A stretch of DNA of 63,327 nucleotides, filler included, from an uncultured Methanosarcinales archaeon (GTDB taxonomy: Archaea > Nanobdellota > Nanobdellia > Woesearchaeales > UBA12501), in the NCBI GenBank assembly GCA_964397315.1. It is 3 parts of 3 records of this genome, joined end to end, with 100 filler letters (N's around TTAATTAATTAA, not from the genome) between each part and the next. Parts side by side here need not be neighbours in the genome. Positions count along the whole stretch, not along the records: positions 1 to 27,912 come from CAYNHV010000019.1; positions 28,013 to 49,003 come from CAYNHV010000020.1; 1 more part is not named here. The stretch is one strand, 5' to 3'. Each line of letters opens with the position of its first letter. The first letter of the stretch is position 1. The position numbers and the translations under genes were made by a program. Shown here piece by piece: positions 19,519 to 30,142 of the stretch. The notes under the pieces were generated by a model. That model searched no databases. It had not been told where the DNA came from and worked only from the letters and a program-made list of their open reading frames with translations.

Positions 19519-21540
19519 CTACTTTACAGTGTAGAAGTAGATTGTGTCATAATAGCCTGTGTAATAGGGATCTGCTTCGCTACTTACTGTCGTGCTTATC
19601 TGTATCTTCTCTACAGCTCCAGTAGGTTCATCCAGAACTATGCATGGCTCCGGCTTTTTTGTGGGAGTTGAAAGGTCAATCTTGTTGAGCCTCCACTCGC
19701 TTGAGCTGGTTCTTGCTCTATAACCTCCATCTCTAAAGCTTCCGCCGGGATCCCCGCAAACATAATCTCCAACATAGTACCGTTTCTCAGGGCTGTGCAG
19801 CTCCAGAGCAGCCCAGATTGTCTCATCTTCCTTTTTGTTCTTTATGGCGTAGACAAGATACTCAGCCTCATCAAATGTGACTGAAGGAATCTGAGGTATA
19901 GCTGTCCATTTAGGGCCTGATTGTGCTTCAACTTCTAGAGAGTAAACTCCTGAGTATCTTTCCATGCCTGTTCTGCTGGCAGAAATTCCGCCACCAGAAA
20001 AGTATGTGTCAGGCCCATCATCCCACACCTTCCATATTCTCTCTATCTCAAGCCCGTCAGGGTCAAGGCTCTTTATGGGTGATTTTGAGACTGCAAGGTT
20101 CTCGCACCTTATCATTGAGTCTCCATCTCCATGCACTGGTGTTATCTCAACCCCGCGGGGCAGGCCTGTCTCAACAATGTTGAACTTCCCGCTTGCAGGG
20201 TCATCCATCATTTTGCTCCATACTCCTCCTGATTCCTTTGTGATGTTTACCTCATACTCTGAAGGGAGAAGACTGTCTGCGTCAGGATCCTCTGTTATGA
20301 CATCCCCCTCAAAATTGATCCTGCTGTTGAAGAAGTCTATGCTCTCAGGCTCGTTCATTGTGTAGCCTGTGCAGGCCTGCTTTACTACAAGCTCGTCTAT
20401 TTCCTGCTCTTCCTTAACATCATCATCTGCTGAAAGGGTTCCCACTATGTTCAGTTTATGAGGCGTGCTGTCCTCAGGAGGCATTACCTCTACAGTGATA
20501 ATCTCCCTGTATCCGTTAACAAGCGTGAAATCATTGTCACTGAATTCAACCTCAGGATTTGTTTCGCTCACATCCTCAAAGCTGAACTTAAACTCTCCTT
20601 CAAGCCCGCCCGTGTTTGACAGCTCTATTTCATACTCAGCAGGCTCTTCCTCAGTGGCGTATGCTGTTTTATGGGTTAAAAGGCGCATATTGAAGTCATA
20701 CTCAAGGCTTTCCACCACCCTTATAGCCTTTCGGGCAGTGGAAACCGCGTCCTCATCACTCTGGGAGACAGCTTTGATGTAGAGCATATATGAAACAGGT
20801 TCAGATTCTGGCCCGAGTTTTAGATGTTCTCCTGGAACATCGTGTGTGTAAGCTGATTCCCCTCCTGCTTCAGCTGACATTGTCTCATGCGCGCAGAAAT
20901 CAGGAACTTCGCATTCCTGGTCTTCAGCCGGCCTTGTATCACTCACATAAAGGTCGTATGTGTCGCCTGAAAACCCCTTGTTCCTCAGGATTATGTCAAA
21001 GCTCACACCTTCTTCCTGTGTTGTGTACATGGGCCCGGCAGGGTCAAGCTCAATCTCAAACTCAACAGGAGGAGCAGGAACCGTTGTTGCCTTTCCAGTC
21101 AGCTCTCCATAGAGGTCCTTTGACAATCCTGGGTCGTGGGTGTAATAATCCCCTTCCAGCTGCATGCTCACCTTGCCCCTCTCTGAGAGGCTCTCGCTGC
21201 AGTATAATGTTAGGCTGTCTGTATCTCCTGACGCTATCTTCACCTCACCTGAATACATTGAGCAGCTGAACTTGTCAGATGAGAGGCCTGTTATTGTAGC
21301 ATGGTCGCCAAGGTTGTTCTTGATCCTGAGCTGCACAGCTCCCCCTCCCCCATCATACCTCTGGACAGTGTGGTCAGTGCAGCTGAAGCCTGTCTTGAAA
21401 ATGCATTTCTCAGGTAAAAGGGATGATGGCTCAAGAACTCCAAAGTGCATCAGAGCTCCAATGACAACAATGACCGCGAGTATTATCCATCCATAATTAA
21501 GCAGAAATTCCATGGCTGCCTGGGACTTTCTTGAATTCAT
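19519..21540 (-). CDS. Class III signal peptide (pilin-like) protein with long extracellular beta-rich extension
   Basis: RKSQAAMEFLLNYGWIIL...FGVL..LLPEKC, followed by Ig-like segments (LRNKGFSGDTYDL, LSNTGG). Confidence 0.85.
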   Translation of the reverse strand: MNSRKSQAAMEFLLNYGWIILAVIVVIGALMHFGVLEPSSLLPEKCIFKTGFSCTDHTVQRYDGGGGAVQLRIKNNLGDHATITGLSSDKFSCSMYSGEVKIASGDTDSLTLYCSESLSERGKVSMQLEGDYYTHDPGLSKDLYGELTGKATTVPAPPVEFEIELDPAGPMYTTQEEGVSFDIILRNKGFSGDTYDLYVSDTRPAEDQECEVPDFCAHETMSAEAGGESAYTHDVPGEHLKLGPESEPVSYMLYIKAVSQSDEDAVSTARKAIRVVESLEYDFNMRLLTHKTAYATEEEPAEYEIELSNTGGLEGEFKFSFEDVSETNPEVEFSDNDFTLVNGYREIITVEVMPPEDSTPHKLNIVGTLSADDDVKEEQEIDELVVKQACTGYTMNEPESIDFFNSRINFEGDVITEDPDADSLLPSEYEVNITKESGGVWSKMMDDPASGKFNIVETGLPRGVEITPVHGDGDSMIRCENLAVSKSPIKSLDPDGLEIERIWKVWDDGPDTYFSGGGISASRTGMERYSGVYSLEVEAQSGPKWTAIPQIPSVTFDEAEYLVYAIKNKKEDETIWAALELHSPEKRYYVGDYVCGDPGGSFRDGGYRARTSSSEWRLNKIDLSTPTKKPEPCIVLDEPTGAVEKIQISTTVSSEADPYYTGYYDTIYFYTVK

Positions 21541-21714
21541 GGCGCACCGCTTTTTTGACAGATATCCATGTTTGCCTGACAGGCTATTTAAATTTTTTCA
21601 TTAGCAGGCTGCTGCACTGCATTGTGCAGCCCTGAATAAAAAGCGAAAGATTTAAATATAAAAACCATAATATTTGGCCATAGTAAAGATTTACACAGCA
21701 AACGAGGTGATTAG

Positions 21715-22197
21715 ATGAGAAAAAAAGGACAGGCTGCAATGGAGTTCTTGATGACCTATGGCTGGGCAATTCTTGTTGTTCTGGTCGTTATCGGAGCATT
21801 GGCTTATTTTGGTGTCCTAAGTCCCAAGAAGCTGCTTCCGGACAAGTGCTTGTTCGGGCCGGGAATAGGAACATGCACTGATTTTCAGGCTGATGGTAGT
21901 GCTGGTACACTGACATTAATATTAACCAATGGCTTTGGAGAGACTATAACCGTGCAGTCAGCGACAGCCGACGGAACTTATTGCACCGAAGTTGGTGCAG
22001 GTATAGTAGCAGATGGAGAAGCTTGGTCTGCAGGCGATACAAAAGAATTTATTTTTAGCTGCGGTGGAATAACATCTGATTCGGTAGGAGATAAGACACA
22101 GGAAGAAGTCACCATAACCTACACAAAAACAGGCACTGGTGGAACAGCTCTTACCCACTCAATAACCGGTCAGGTAGCCATAACAGTGCAGGAATAA
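21715..22197 (+). CDS. Archaeal type IV pilin (probable major pilin)
   Basis: MRKKGQAAMEFLMTYGWAILVVLVVIGALAYFGVLSP; T-rich tract after the stop. Confidence 0.9.
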   Translation: MRKKGQAAMEFLMTYGWAILVVLVVIGALAYFGVLSPKKLLPDKCLFGPGIGTCTDFQADGSAGTLTLILTNGFGETITVQSATADGTYCTEVGAGIVADGEAWSAGDTKEFIFSCGGITSDSVGDKTQEEVTITYTKTGTGGTALTHSITGQVAITVQE

Positions 22198-22268
22198 ACC
22201 TTTATTTTCTTTTTTCTTCTCTTTCTTTTGTGATTATCAGTAAATTTTTATAGTTCTCATCTCCTGAA

Positions 22269-23381
22269 ATGCCCATGGGAGAGCCTGCCAGAGGGTGGAT
22301 AAGGAGGGAGAACATAAAATGGCTTGTTCTGTTCTTCCTGCTTGCCTTTGCTGTCAGGGCCCTCATGTCAACAATGCACGTTCCCTCAGAGCTTGCCCCC
22401 ACAGACCAGGACAATTACCTGCAAATGAACAGGGACTTCTTTGAGCAGGGCATTGGCTGGAGCACAAGATGGACCACGTTTATAATGGCTCCCCTCATGC
22501 TGTTCTTCTCATGGTTCGGGTTCAGCTACCTCACCTCAACAATACTCGCGGGCTGCCTCATCTCATCCTTCACCATAATCCCCCTCTGGATGATTGCAGA
22601 GCATCTTAACATTAACCCTAAGCTCGTCTCCCTCCTTTACATCTTCTCAACATTTGAGCTCATAAGGATTCTCGCCATAGGCAGCTACACAACAGAATTC
22701 GGCATACTGTTCCTCACATTATATGTTCTCCTGATTCTGAAAGGCTATTACATTCTCGCGCCTTTTGCCTACATCATACCATTCTTCTCCCACAAGTCAA
22801 GCCCCCTATTTATATACCTGTTCCTTGCATTCGCGGGAATATACTCTGTCATAAGGCACAGGAGAATATTCAACATTGACGCGAGAAAATGGATAATCTG
22901 GAGCTGCGCAGTGTTTATCGTGTTCGGAGCCCTCAAGTTTGGAGTCATAGACCCGTCCATGATGAGCAGCAGCCAGACAGTGGTTTCAACAAATGCAGTT
23001 GAGAATGCAGCCAATATTAAGATGCAGTCATTCCATGACTATGTTGAGATAGGGGGGAGCTATATGCTTATCCTCGCCCTCCTCGGCATGGTTTCCTTCC
23101 TGAGAGAGAACAAGTCATTGCTCATGCGCTCATGGATGTTCGCCCCCCAGATTCTCTCTTTTGTTCCGCTGTTCACAAAAGTGGAGGTCTCTGCGAGGAT
23201 TGCAGCCTATGGAGCTCCCTCAATGGCCCTTCTCGCAGCCTACGCTTTCAGGAGCTGGAAGCAGAGGCACTGGCTCATGAAGGCCTTCCTCATCCTTATG
23301 GTCATAGGCACAATATACTACGCAGTAAGCTTTTCAATGTTCCAGTTCTACAGCCACTCTGTGGCAGTGTGGGGAGGATGA
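22269..23381 (+). CDS. Polytopic membrane protein, GT-C-fold glycosyltransferase-like
   Basis: About 10 TM segments; first loop carries PTDQDNY after AFAVR; SH..S motif; adjacent to pilins. Confidence 0.55.
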   Translation: MPMGEPARGWIRRENIKWLVLFFLLAFAVRALMSTMHVPSELAPTDQDNYLQMNRDFFEQGIGWSTRWTTFIMAPLMLFFSWFGFSYLTSTILAGCLISSFTIIPLWMIAEHLNINPKLVSLLYIFSTFELIRILAIGSYTTEFGILFLTLYVLLILKGYYILAPFAYIIPFFSHKSSPLFIYLFLAFAGIYSVIRHRRIFNIDARKWIIWSCAVFIVFGALKFGVIDPSMMSSSQTVVSTNAVENAANIKMQSFHDYVEIGGSYMLILALLGMVSFLRENKSLLMRSWMFAPQILSFVPLFTKVEVSARIAAYGAPSMALLAAYAFRSWKQRHWLMKAFLILMVIGTIYYAVSFSMFQFYSHSVAVWGG

Positions 23382-23382
23382 C

Positions 23383-23655
23383 ATGGCAGGCAGTAAAGAT
23401 TCAGGAGCGCGCAGAAGCAGGATGGAGAGAAGCGTTTTTATGCAGCTTACAGTGCTCAGCTTCATCATACTCTATATTGTCCCCCAGAACTTCCTCAGGA
23501 CATTATTGCCTCTTGTAGTTGTTCTCCTGCCCTTTGTTGTCTACGGCCTCTATGAGGAGCTTGGGAAGAAGCTGAGGTTCAGGAGGTGGGTTCACCTCCA
23601 GGCAGGCCTGCTCCTGATGATACTGCTCCTCTCTGCAATAAACGGGTTTGGATGA
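23383..23655 (+). CDS. Small membrane protein
   Basis: Three hydrophobic segments; GGAGG upstream. Confidence 0.55.
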   Translation: MAGSKDSGARRSRMERSVFMQLTVLSFIILYIVPQNFLRTLLPLVVVLLPFVVYGLYEELGKKLRFRRWVHLQAGLLLMILLLSAINGFG

Positions 23656-23664
23656 GACATGATC

Positions 23665-24080
23665 TTCTGGGATGTTGATTTCTTTTAATGAGAAAATGTC
23701 TAAGTTAATCACTCCTGGTACTTCCCTTTGGAAGGATGTGTTTTTGTTTATTGTTATTCATGGTGCTTCATGTTTTCTGTTTATTATGTTAATAACTCCT
23801 GGTGCTACCCACCCGTCACGCTTCTCTGGAATGCTTCTTGAAAGTGGCCTGTCCCGCCCATAATTTTGCTCGGGTGCGCTCAGGGCTTGGGGAGTTGGTG
23901 CTCTCACGTTGTGTATGGGGGATGGTGGGTGGGAAAACGCGATTGTAGAAGCAAGGAGGGTGGCGGTAAACTCTGGAGGAATGCTGATCACAGAATTATT
24001 ATCCATAAAATTATCTAAACAGGGAGGTGGCAAATCCTGGAGGAAAACATATCATAGAATGATTATTCACAAAATTCTCT
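23665..24080 (-). repeat. Copy B (inverted) of the long dispersed non-coding repeat
   Basis: The reverse complement contains CCATCCCCCATACAC..GCACCAACTCC..GGGCGGG..GGGTGGGTAGCACCAGGAGTTATTAAC..GGGAAGTACCAGGAG, collinear with 41400-41620. Confidence 0.7.
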
Positions 24081-24238
24081 GAACATGGCGGCGGCAATGT
24101 TTGGAGGGTCAAATAAGATTAGCCAGCAACACAATATAATACACTATCCTCTTGTCCTCGCCTGCTGTTCTCCTGCCTTTTAACCTCCTTCCGCCTCCCA
24201 AAACATTTATATACGAACAATCCCAACACTTCCCCAAA

Positions 24239-25525
24239 ATGCGCAAAAAAAGAGGCAGGAAGAGTTCTAGGCCCGCCCTCAAGCCCAAAAGGTCACAGGC
24301 AGCAATGGAATACCTTATGGTTGCGGGCATTGCATTTGTGATTATTGTGCCCATGATGTACGTGCTCTACCAGTACACTTCAGACATGGGGCAGGACGTG
24401 TCCGAGGCCAAGATAAAGAAGATAGGCGATGATATTGTGAACAGCGCAGAGCAGATATTCTACCTCGGAGAGCCCTCAAGGACAACACTGAGGTTTGACA
24501 TGCCTGATGGTGTCCACAGGATTTATGTCACAGGGGACAGGACGCTTGTGTTTGAGCTTGGAGACCAGTACAGCTCCAGGGAGGTGGCCATATTCTCAAA
24601 CGTTGACATTGTGCCCTATCTTATGCCGCAGGATTTTGCAAAGGGAAAGCACAATTACAAGGTAGAGGCTGAGAGAGGCCATGTTTCCATCTACACTGGA
24701 GACAAGAAGACTGCAATGCTGAAGGCCTACGCTTACAGGATATTCCACTCCTTCATGGACAATGCAGAGACTGTGCTGTCAGAGAAGAGCCTTATAACAG
24801 GCAGCGGCCTTGATTACACCATCAAGGAGACTGATGAGAATGACGTTGCCTATCTTTCAGCCTCTCTGGATGGGAGCAATGTTGACGTTTCTGCTGACAT
24901 AACATTCAATGAGCTTGAGGGATCTGCATACTTTTGGGTTGGAAGCAGCTCAGAAAAGAAGCTTCAAATTGAGGTTGATAAAGAAGCAGGATTCTTACTA
25001 TATGGGGATTCCACCGAAGGAGGGTCTCTTGATTTAAGGAAAGAATATACTCTTAACATAACCACTCTGGACACAGGAGATTACCAGCTTAAAGTTTCTG
25101 AGGGAGACAACAATGATGTGTCAACCACTGCATCAGGCGTTTCAATAGGGTCAGAAGACAAATGGTTCTTTGGAGATGATTCAGTCACTTCAGGCCAGCT
25201 TTCCTCTAAAGTCAGTGTAAGCGAGAAGAGCGGCATTGGCAGCATAACCACTGTGGAAGATAAGTCTGAAGAGATAACAAACCTTATAAACATGTCCTGG
25301 ACAGGCTTCCATGAGATTTCACTTAAGGGAAACAGCTTCTTCTTCAACATAAGCGCAAAGGATAAGAATGATGAGGAGATAGGCATTCCAGTCTCATTTG
25401 AGTCATACTATCCTGTGAGTGTGGGTGACAGGTTTTCAGGAGAGTATGAGAAGGGAGAGGAGTGCGAGTTCACCTTCACCAAGGAAGGCAATGGTGTTAA
25501 GATAGAAAAGGACAGCTGCACATAA
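24239..25525 (+). CDS. Class III signal peptide protein (minor pilin) with C-terminal extension
   Basis: KRSQAAMEYLMVAGIAFVII; SAEQIFYLGEPSRTTLRFDMP; start reset to ATG 24239 after TTTATATA. Confidence 0.85.
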   Translation: MRKKRGRKSSRPALKPKRSQAAMEYLMVAGIAFVIIVPMMYVLYQYTSDMGQDVSEAKIKKIGDDIVNSAEQIFYLGEPSRTTLRFDMPDGVHRIYVTGDRTLVFELGDQYSSREVAIFSNVDIVPYLMPQDFAKGKHNYKVEAERGHVSIYTGDKKTAMLKAYAYRIFHSFMDNAETVLSEKSLITGSGLDYTIKETDENDVAYLSASLDGSNVDVSADITFNELEGSAYFWVGSSSEKKLQIEVDKEAGFLLYGDSTEGGSLDLRKEYTLNITTLDTGDYQLKVSEGDNNDVSTTASGVSIGSEDKWFFGDDSVTSGQLSSKVSVSEKSGIGSITTVEDKSEEITNLINMSWTGFHEISLKGNSFFFNISAKDKNDEEIGIPVSFESYYPVSVGDRFSGEYEKGEECEFTFTKEGNGVKIEKDSCT

Positions 25526-25542
25526 ACAGCAGGCAATGCAAA

Positions 25543-27510
25543 ATGAGAGCAAAATCCCAGTCATCGCTTGAATTCCTGATCCTTGCAGGCGTGATGTTCT
25601 TCTTCTTTGTGGGAATAGTCACTGTGGTTGGCGGCAAGATAGTGGACCTGCAGAAGTCAAAAGACAGGCAGGAGGTGCATGACATAATGGATGTGGTGAC
25701 AGAGGAGGTCAAGCTCGCGCAGACATCATATGACGGCTACCACCGCAAGTTCAGGCTTCCCAAGACAATAAGCGGCAGGGATTACGAGCTGAGGCTCATA
25801 ACAGACGAGTCCACGAATGAGAACCTGCTCATAATATTATACAATGACCAGAGGTATGAGAGCTCGTTCAAAGGGAAAATAAGAAGCACTCCAACAAGTC
25901 CCGCGACAGTGTACAAGGGAGAGAATTTCATAACAAAGCAGGATGATGAGATTCACGTTGAGAGCGGGGACCCTTGCAGGGACCTGAGCTCAGGAGCCCA
26001 CTCATACTGCATCGGAGGAACGTGCTACTGCTTCAGGGGCTATTATGACAAGGAATGTGAGGAAGAGAATGATTTTATTGTGGATTACTGCGGAGGGCAG
26101 GCAAAACCTGATGGAGGAGTTTATGATTCAATAGACTGCGTCAAGGAAGATCCCTGCAATGAGCCTCCTGAGTTCACCAGCGAGCCTTCTGTTAAGGATC
26201 GGTATGAAAACGGAGCCACAATAAGTTTCACCTCCAACGAGAAGGTGGTGTCAACCATAGAATATAAGGAAGTATCTGAGGTTATGCTATGTGAGGAGAA
26301 CTTGTTTGCGGAGGATCCAGAGCCGGGCAGCCAGTCATTCACAACCTTTGAAAAGGATCATGAGGACACGCTCTCAGGCCTTGACCCTGAGAGAACATAC
26401 TGCTTTAGGGTGGAGATAAAGGATGAGAAGGGTGGAACAACTTTAAGTGATCCTTCACCGGATACAACATTCACAACAACAGATGATATGACAGCTCCTG
26501 TCATAGAGGGCATTGTCATAAATCCCAAGGACGGCTACATGGGCACTGCATTCTCTGTTGAGGCTGTTCTTTACGAGCCCTCAGGAATCAGGATTGCGAA
26601 TGCAACAATAAACAGGAGCGATTGGGACCGGAGCAGCATAGCAGAGTACGAGCTGAAGGAGAAAGACGGCAGCTATGCAGTAAGCTTCAATATTGAGGAG
26701 AACTTCACTGACGAAAACTCCTCATACGGGCTTGAGCCTGAAGAGGCTGCAAACACATTGTTCTACAGCACATTCAACACTCCTGAGCTTGAGGCGGAAT
26801 ACTCAAAAGGAGACTCTCAGCCTGTCCTTATACATAGTGGCACTTCTGTTGATGACGGAAGATTCCACAATGCAACATACATAGGGGTGGGAGACGGAAT
26901 AGATTATGCATTTAAGGATAACCTTAAGCTTGAGAAAGGAACAATAGAGTTCTGGGTCAACACAACATGGGGCAGTGATGACATGGGAACGCATTACTTT
27001 TTTGACGAGGGAACATTTGACAACAGGATGTCAATACTCAAGACAGGCAGCAGGATGTACTTCTTCATAAAGAGCAGCGAAAATGAAAAATCCTACAACA
27101 CCAACCTCACTATTGACGGCACCAACTGGAAATGGGAGGAAGGAAAATGGTATTTCATTGCAGCAGTGTGGAACCTGACAAGCGAGACTCCTGAGGAGAG
27201 AACCATGACACTCTATATTAACAAGAGGAGCAAGACAGGAAAGAAGGCTGTCAAGCCTGAGGACAGCTCAGAAAAATTTGCTATAGGATACAATATGATT
27301 CCTCAGGCGAAAGAGGATCCATGGGAGGCAGAGGCGCAGATTGACCATCTTGTGATATCAAAGGAGCCCAAGAACAAGAGCCAGATATTCTCAGACATGG
27401 CCCTGAGAAAAAACTACACTGTAGACCTCCATCTCATGGATGAAAAAGGCAATGAGCATTATTATCCAATGGTCCTCAACTTCACAGTCAATTACACAGA
27501 AGAGCCATGA
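25543..27510 (+). CDS. Class III signal peptide protein with FN3-like and LamG-like (ConA) domains; adhesin-like
   Basis: KSQSSLEFLIL; LSGLDPERTYCFRV (FN3-like); GTIEFWV...WYFIAAVW...TLYIN...IDHLVIS (LamG-like). Confidence 0.85.
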   Translation: MRAKSQSSLEFLILAGVMFFFFVGIVTVVGGKIVDLQKSKDRQEVHDIMDVVTEEVKLAQTSYDGYHRKFRLPKTISGRDYELRLITDESTNENLLIILYNDQRYESSFKGKIRSTPTSPATVYKGENFITKQDDEIHVESGDPCRDLSSGAHSYCIGGTCYCFRGYYDKECEEENDFIVDYCGGQAKPDGGVYDSIDCVKEDPCNEPPEFTSEPSVKDRYENGATISFTSNEKVVSTIEYKEVSEVMLCEENLFAEDPEPGSQSFTTFEKDHEDTLSGLDPERTYCFRVEIKDEKGGTTLSDPSPDTTFTTTDDMTAPVIEGIVINPKDGYMGTAFSVEAVLYEPSGIRIANATINRSDWDRSSIAEYELKEKDGSYAVSFNIEENFTDENSSYGLEPEEAANTLFYSTFNTPELEAEYSKGDSQPVLIHSGTSVDDGRFHNATYIGVGDGIDYAFKDNLKLEKGTIEFWVNTTWGSDDMGTHYFFDEGTFDNRMSILKTGSRMYFFIKSSENEKSYNTNLTIDGTNWKWEEGKWYFIAAVWNLTSETPEERTMTLYINKRSKTGKKAVKPEDSSEKFAIGYNMIPQAKEDPWEAEAQIDHLVISKEPKNKSQIFSDMALRKNYTVDLHLMDEKGNEHYYPMVLNFTVNYTEEP

Positions 27511-27589
27511 TGGAGATTTAAGACACTTCTGCAAAGCTGTTCTTCAGATGATATGAGCATTATGTGAAATTGCAACCCCGCAGAGCATT

Positions 27590-28225
27590 ATATCTCACAC
27601 TATTAATTCCTCCTGACTTTAATTTGATGAAGATAATAACTCCTCCTGATTTCTCCACCAGAACGGCGTTACTCTGTTCAAGCGCAGGCGGGATTTCCCT
27701 GCGCTCAATCCCACAAAATGCCCTTTAAGTGTTGAAGCACTGTGATTAAATCTCCTGTGTGTATTTTGGTTAATCCAGACTTAACCACCAGAACGGCATT
27801 ACTCCGTTCACGCGTAGGAAATTGAGCCTCCTCTAAATATGGTGGTTAATCCAGATTTCTCCACCGCCCTCATCACAGTTACAGATGGACAAATCCCGCC
27901 CTCCGTCCCCCTNNNNNNNNNNNNNNNNNNNNNNNNNNNNNNNNNNNNNNNNNNNNTTAATTAATTAANNNNNNNNNNNNNNNNNNNNNNNNNNNNNNNN
28001 NNNNNNNNNNNNCCCTTCAACAGCTTGAGCGCACCAATTCCACAGAGCGCTTTAAGCATATGATTGGGCGGGCTTATCTGGAGCAGGAGCAGGGAGTTGT
28101 GCTGCTGCAGAATCAGATAACCTGCTGAGTGGTTGTGCAGTAAGGGAGGGGAGTACCTGGAGTAATAATCATAAACAAGCCACTCCAAGGCGGGAATTAC
28201 TAAGAATTACAACCATAAGCGCATC
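27590..28225 (+). repeat. Copy C of the long dispersed non-coding repeat, spanning the assembly gap
   Basis: GAACGGCATTACTCCGTTCACGCGTAGGAAATTGAGCCTCCTC (27791) matches 41274 onward, with an internal duplicate at 27661. The post-gap part matches 41430-41620. Confidence 0.85.
27913..28012. other. Assembly gap with artificial TTAATTAATTAA spacer
   Basis: N-run around a spacer with stops in all six frames. Confidence 0.97.
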
Positions 28226-28295
28226 CCCTGGCAAAACCCAATACCCCACCAAAACCTTTATAAACCCCCTCTAAACCCTTTAAGCAGTGGTTTGA

Positions 28296-28835
28296 ATGGC
28301 AAGGCTCAGGAAATTTTGCGCTTACAGGAGGCTTGAAAGGCCTTATACAAGAAAGTCCAAGTTTACCGGAAAGGCTTTTGTAAAGGCCAATCCTAACCTG
28401 AAGATTGTCAGGTTTGAGATGGGCAACAACAAAAAGGCTTTCAATTATACCCTAAGGCTGAAATCTACTGCTGACATGCAGATAAGGCATGACTCAATTG
28501 AGTCTGCAAGGCAGACAAGCAACAGGCTTCTTGAGAGGACTCCAGGCAAGAGCTTCTATTTCATGAAGATACCAATATACCCCCACCATGTCCTGAGGGA
28601 GAATCCTCTTGCAGCAGGAGCAGGCGCTGACAGGATGAGCACCGGCATGAAAAAATCCTTTGGAAAGCCTATAGGGATGGCAGCCCAGGTGAGAAAGGGC
28701 CAGACATTGTTTGAGCTGAAGATCAACAAGCCCCATATTGAGACTGCCAAGAAGGCTCTGAAGAGAGCATCTTACAAGCTTCCATGCTCTGGAAGGATTG
28801 AGGTTATGGAGAGCGCGCCTGCAAAGGCTAACTGA
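28296..28835 (+). CDS. rpl10e: 50S ribosomal protein uL16 (L10e)
   Basis: RPYTR, QIRHDSIESAR, YPHHVLREN, GADRMSTGMKKSFGKPIG, ASYKLP. Confidence 0.97.
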   Translation: MARLRKFCAYRRLERPYTRKSKFTGKAFVKANPNLKIVRFEMGNNKKAFNYTLRLKSTADMQIRHDSIESARQTSNRLLERTPGKSFYFMKIPIYPHHVLRENPLAAGAGADRMSTGMKKSFGKPIGMAAQVRKGQTLFELKINKPHIETAKKALKRASYKLPCSGRIEVMESAPAKAN

Positions 28836-28861
28836 CCCCCTTCAACAGAAGGTCGCAAAAA

Positions 28862-30142
28862 ATGAGACAGCTTTTGCTGCCAGGCATCAAACTGAAGAGA
28901 TGGCTTCTTTTCCTTATTCTGGGAATCATAGGGCTGGCAGTATTCATCTCCATAACATTCGCAGGAGAGCTGGCTTCATTCTTTACCATACTCAGCAGGC
29001 AGCTTGCGGGCCTTGCCAGTACTCCTTTGTACAAGTACAGCCCAAAGCTCATCGCAGAGATATTCCTGTTCATCGCATCCCTTGCCCTGCTCATCCTTGG
29101 GGCAAGAGGGGTGATAATGTACCTTATTGACGCCCTTCTGCCTGAGAAGAAGGGCAGGATATGGGGGCTTCTGTCCAGGCACGCCAGGCTGTCAAAAGCC
29201 CCCAGGGTTGCGGTCATAGGGGGAGGAACAGGGCTTAACAGCATACTTTCCGGCCTGAAGAAGTACACCAACAACATAACAGCCATTGTCTCTGTATCAG
29301 ATGAAGGCGGAAGCTCAAAAAAGCTGAGGTATGAGTTCGGAATGCTGCCTCCAGGAGACATCAGGAACTGCATTGTTGCATTGTCTGACTCAGGCCCCCT
29401 TATGGCAAGGCTGCTTGAGTACAGGTTTGACAAGGGTAAGGGGCTCAAGGGCCACTCATTCGGAAACCTTCTCATAACAGCGCTCGCAAGGGTGACAGGC
29501 AGCTTCACAGAGGCGGTCAAGGAGACAGGCCACATCCTTGCGATGAGGGGCAAGGTGCTTCCTGTTACAATGCATCAGACAACACTCTGCGCAGAGCTTG
29601 AGAACGGCAGGACAATAACAAAAGAGCCTAATGTTGAGGAGCACAAGACAAAGTACAACTCAGAGATAAAAAAGCTGTTCCTGAAGCCAAGGAATGTTAA
29701 AGCCTATCCTGAGGCTTTGAAGGAGATAAAGAAGGCTGATGTTGTTGTTCTCGGTCCGGGCAGCCTTTACACCTCAATACTGCCCAACCTTCTTGTGAAG
29801 GGTGTTCCTGAAAGCATAAGGAAGTCAAGAGCAAGGAAGATTTATGTCTGCAATGTCATGACCCAGCCAGGAGAGACAGACAATTACACTGCATCACAGC
29901 ACGTTGAGAAAGTCGTAAAATATCTCGGCAGGAACGTGCTGGACAGTGTGGTGGTGAACAGCGAGAGGGCCCCTGAGAGCCTTTACAGGAAGTACAGGAA
30001 GAAGGGGGCCAAGAGGGTGAAGATGGATGAGGATAAGCTTGAGAAGCTCGGCGCGGGCCTGCTAAAGGTTGACCTTCTCACAAAGAAAAACCTCCTCAGG
30101 CATGACCCTGACAAGCTGGCTAGGGCTGTTCTTGGGGTTTAG
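28862..30142 (+). CDS. YvcK/CofD-like (gluconeogenesis factor) protein with N-terminal TM segments
   Basis: IGGGTGL, DEGGSS, PPGDIRNC, GHSFGNL, GPGSLYTSILPNL, NVMTQPGET, RHDP. Confidence 0.92.
   Translation: MRQLLLPGIKLKRWLLFLILGIIGLAVFISITFAGELASFFTILSRQLAGLASTPLYKYSPKLIAEIFLFIASLALLILGARGVIMYLIDALLPEKKGRIWGLLSRHARLSKAPRVAVIGGGTGLNSILSGLKKYTNNITAIVSVSDEGGSSKKLRYEFGMLPPGDIRNCIVALSDSGPLMARLLEYRFDKGKGLKGHSFGNLLITALARVTGSFTEAVKETGHILAMRGKVLPVTMHQTTLCAELENGRTITKEPNVEEHKTKYNSEIKKLFLKPRNVKAYPEALKEIKKADVVVLGPGSLYTSILPNLLVKGVPESIRKSRARKIYVCNVMTQPGETDNYTASQHVEKVVKYLGRNVLDSVVVNSERAPESLYRKYRKKGAKRVKMDEDKLEKLGAGLLKVDLLTKKNLLRHDPDKLARAVLGV

Noticed and set aside
23758..24033. Short ORFs within the long repeat copies (also 23672-23863, 27961-28188, 41325-41531) sharing PPSP..APTP
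   Set aside because: Frame-breaking indels between copies; the peptide similarity follows from the DNA repeat.
27957..27968. TTAATTAATTAA palindrome, also in the second gap
   Set aside because: Artificial six-frame-stop spacer inside N-runs.
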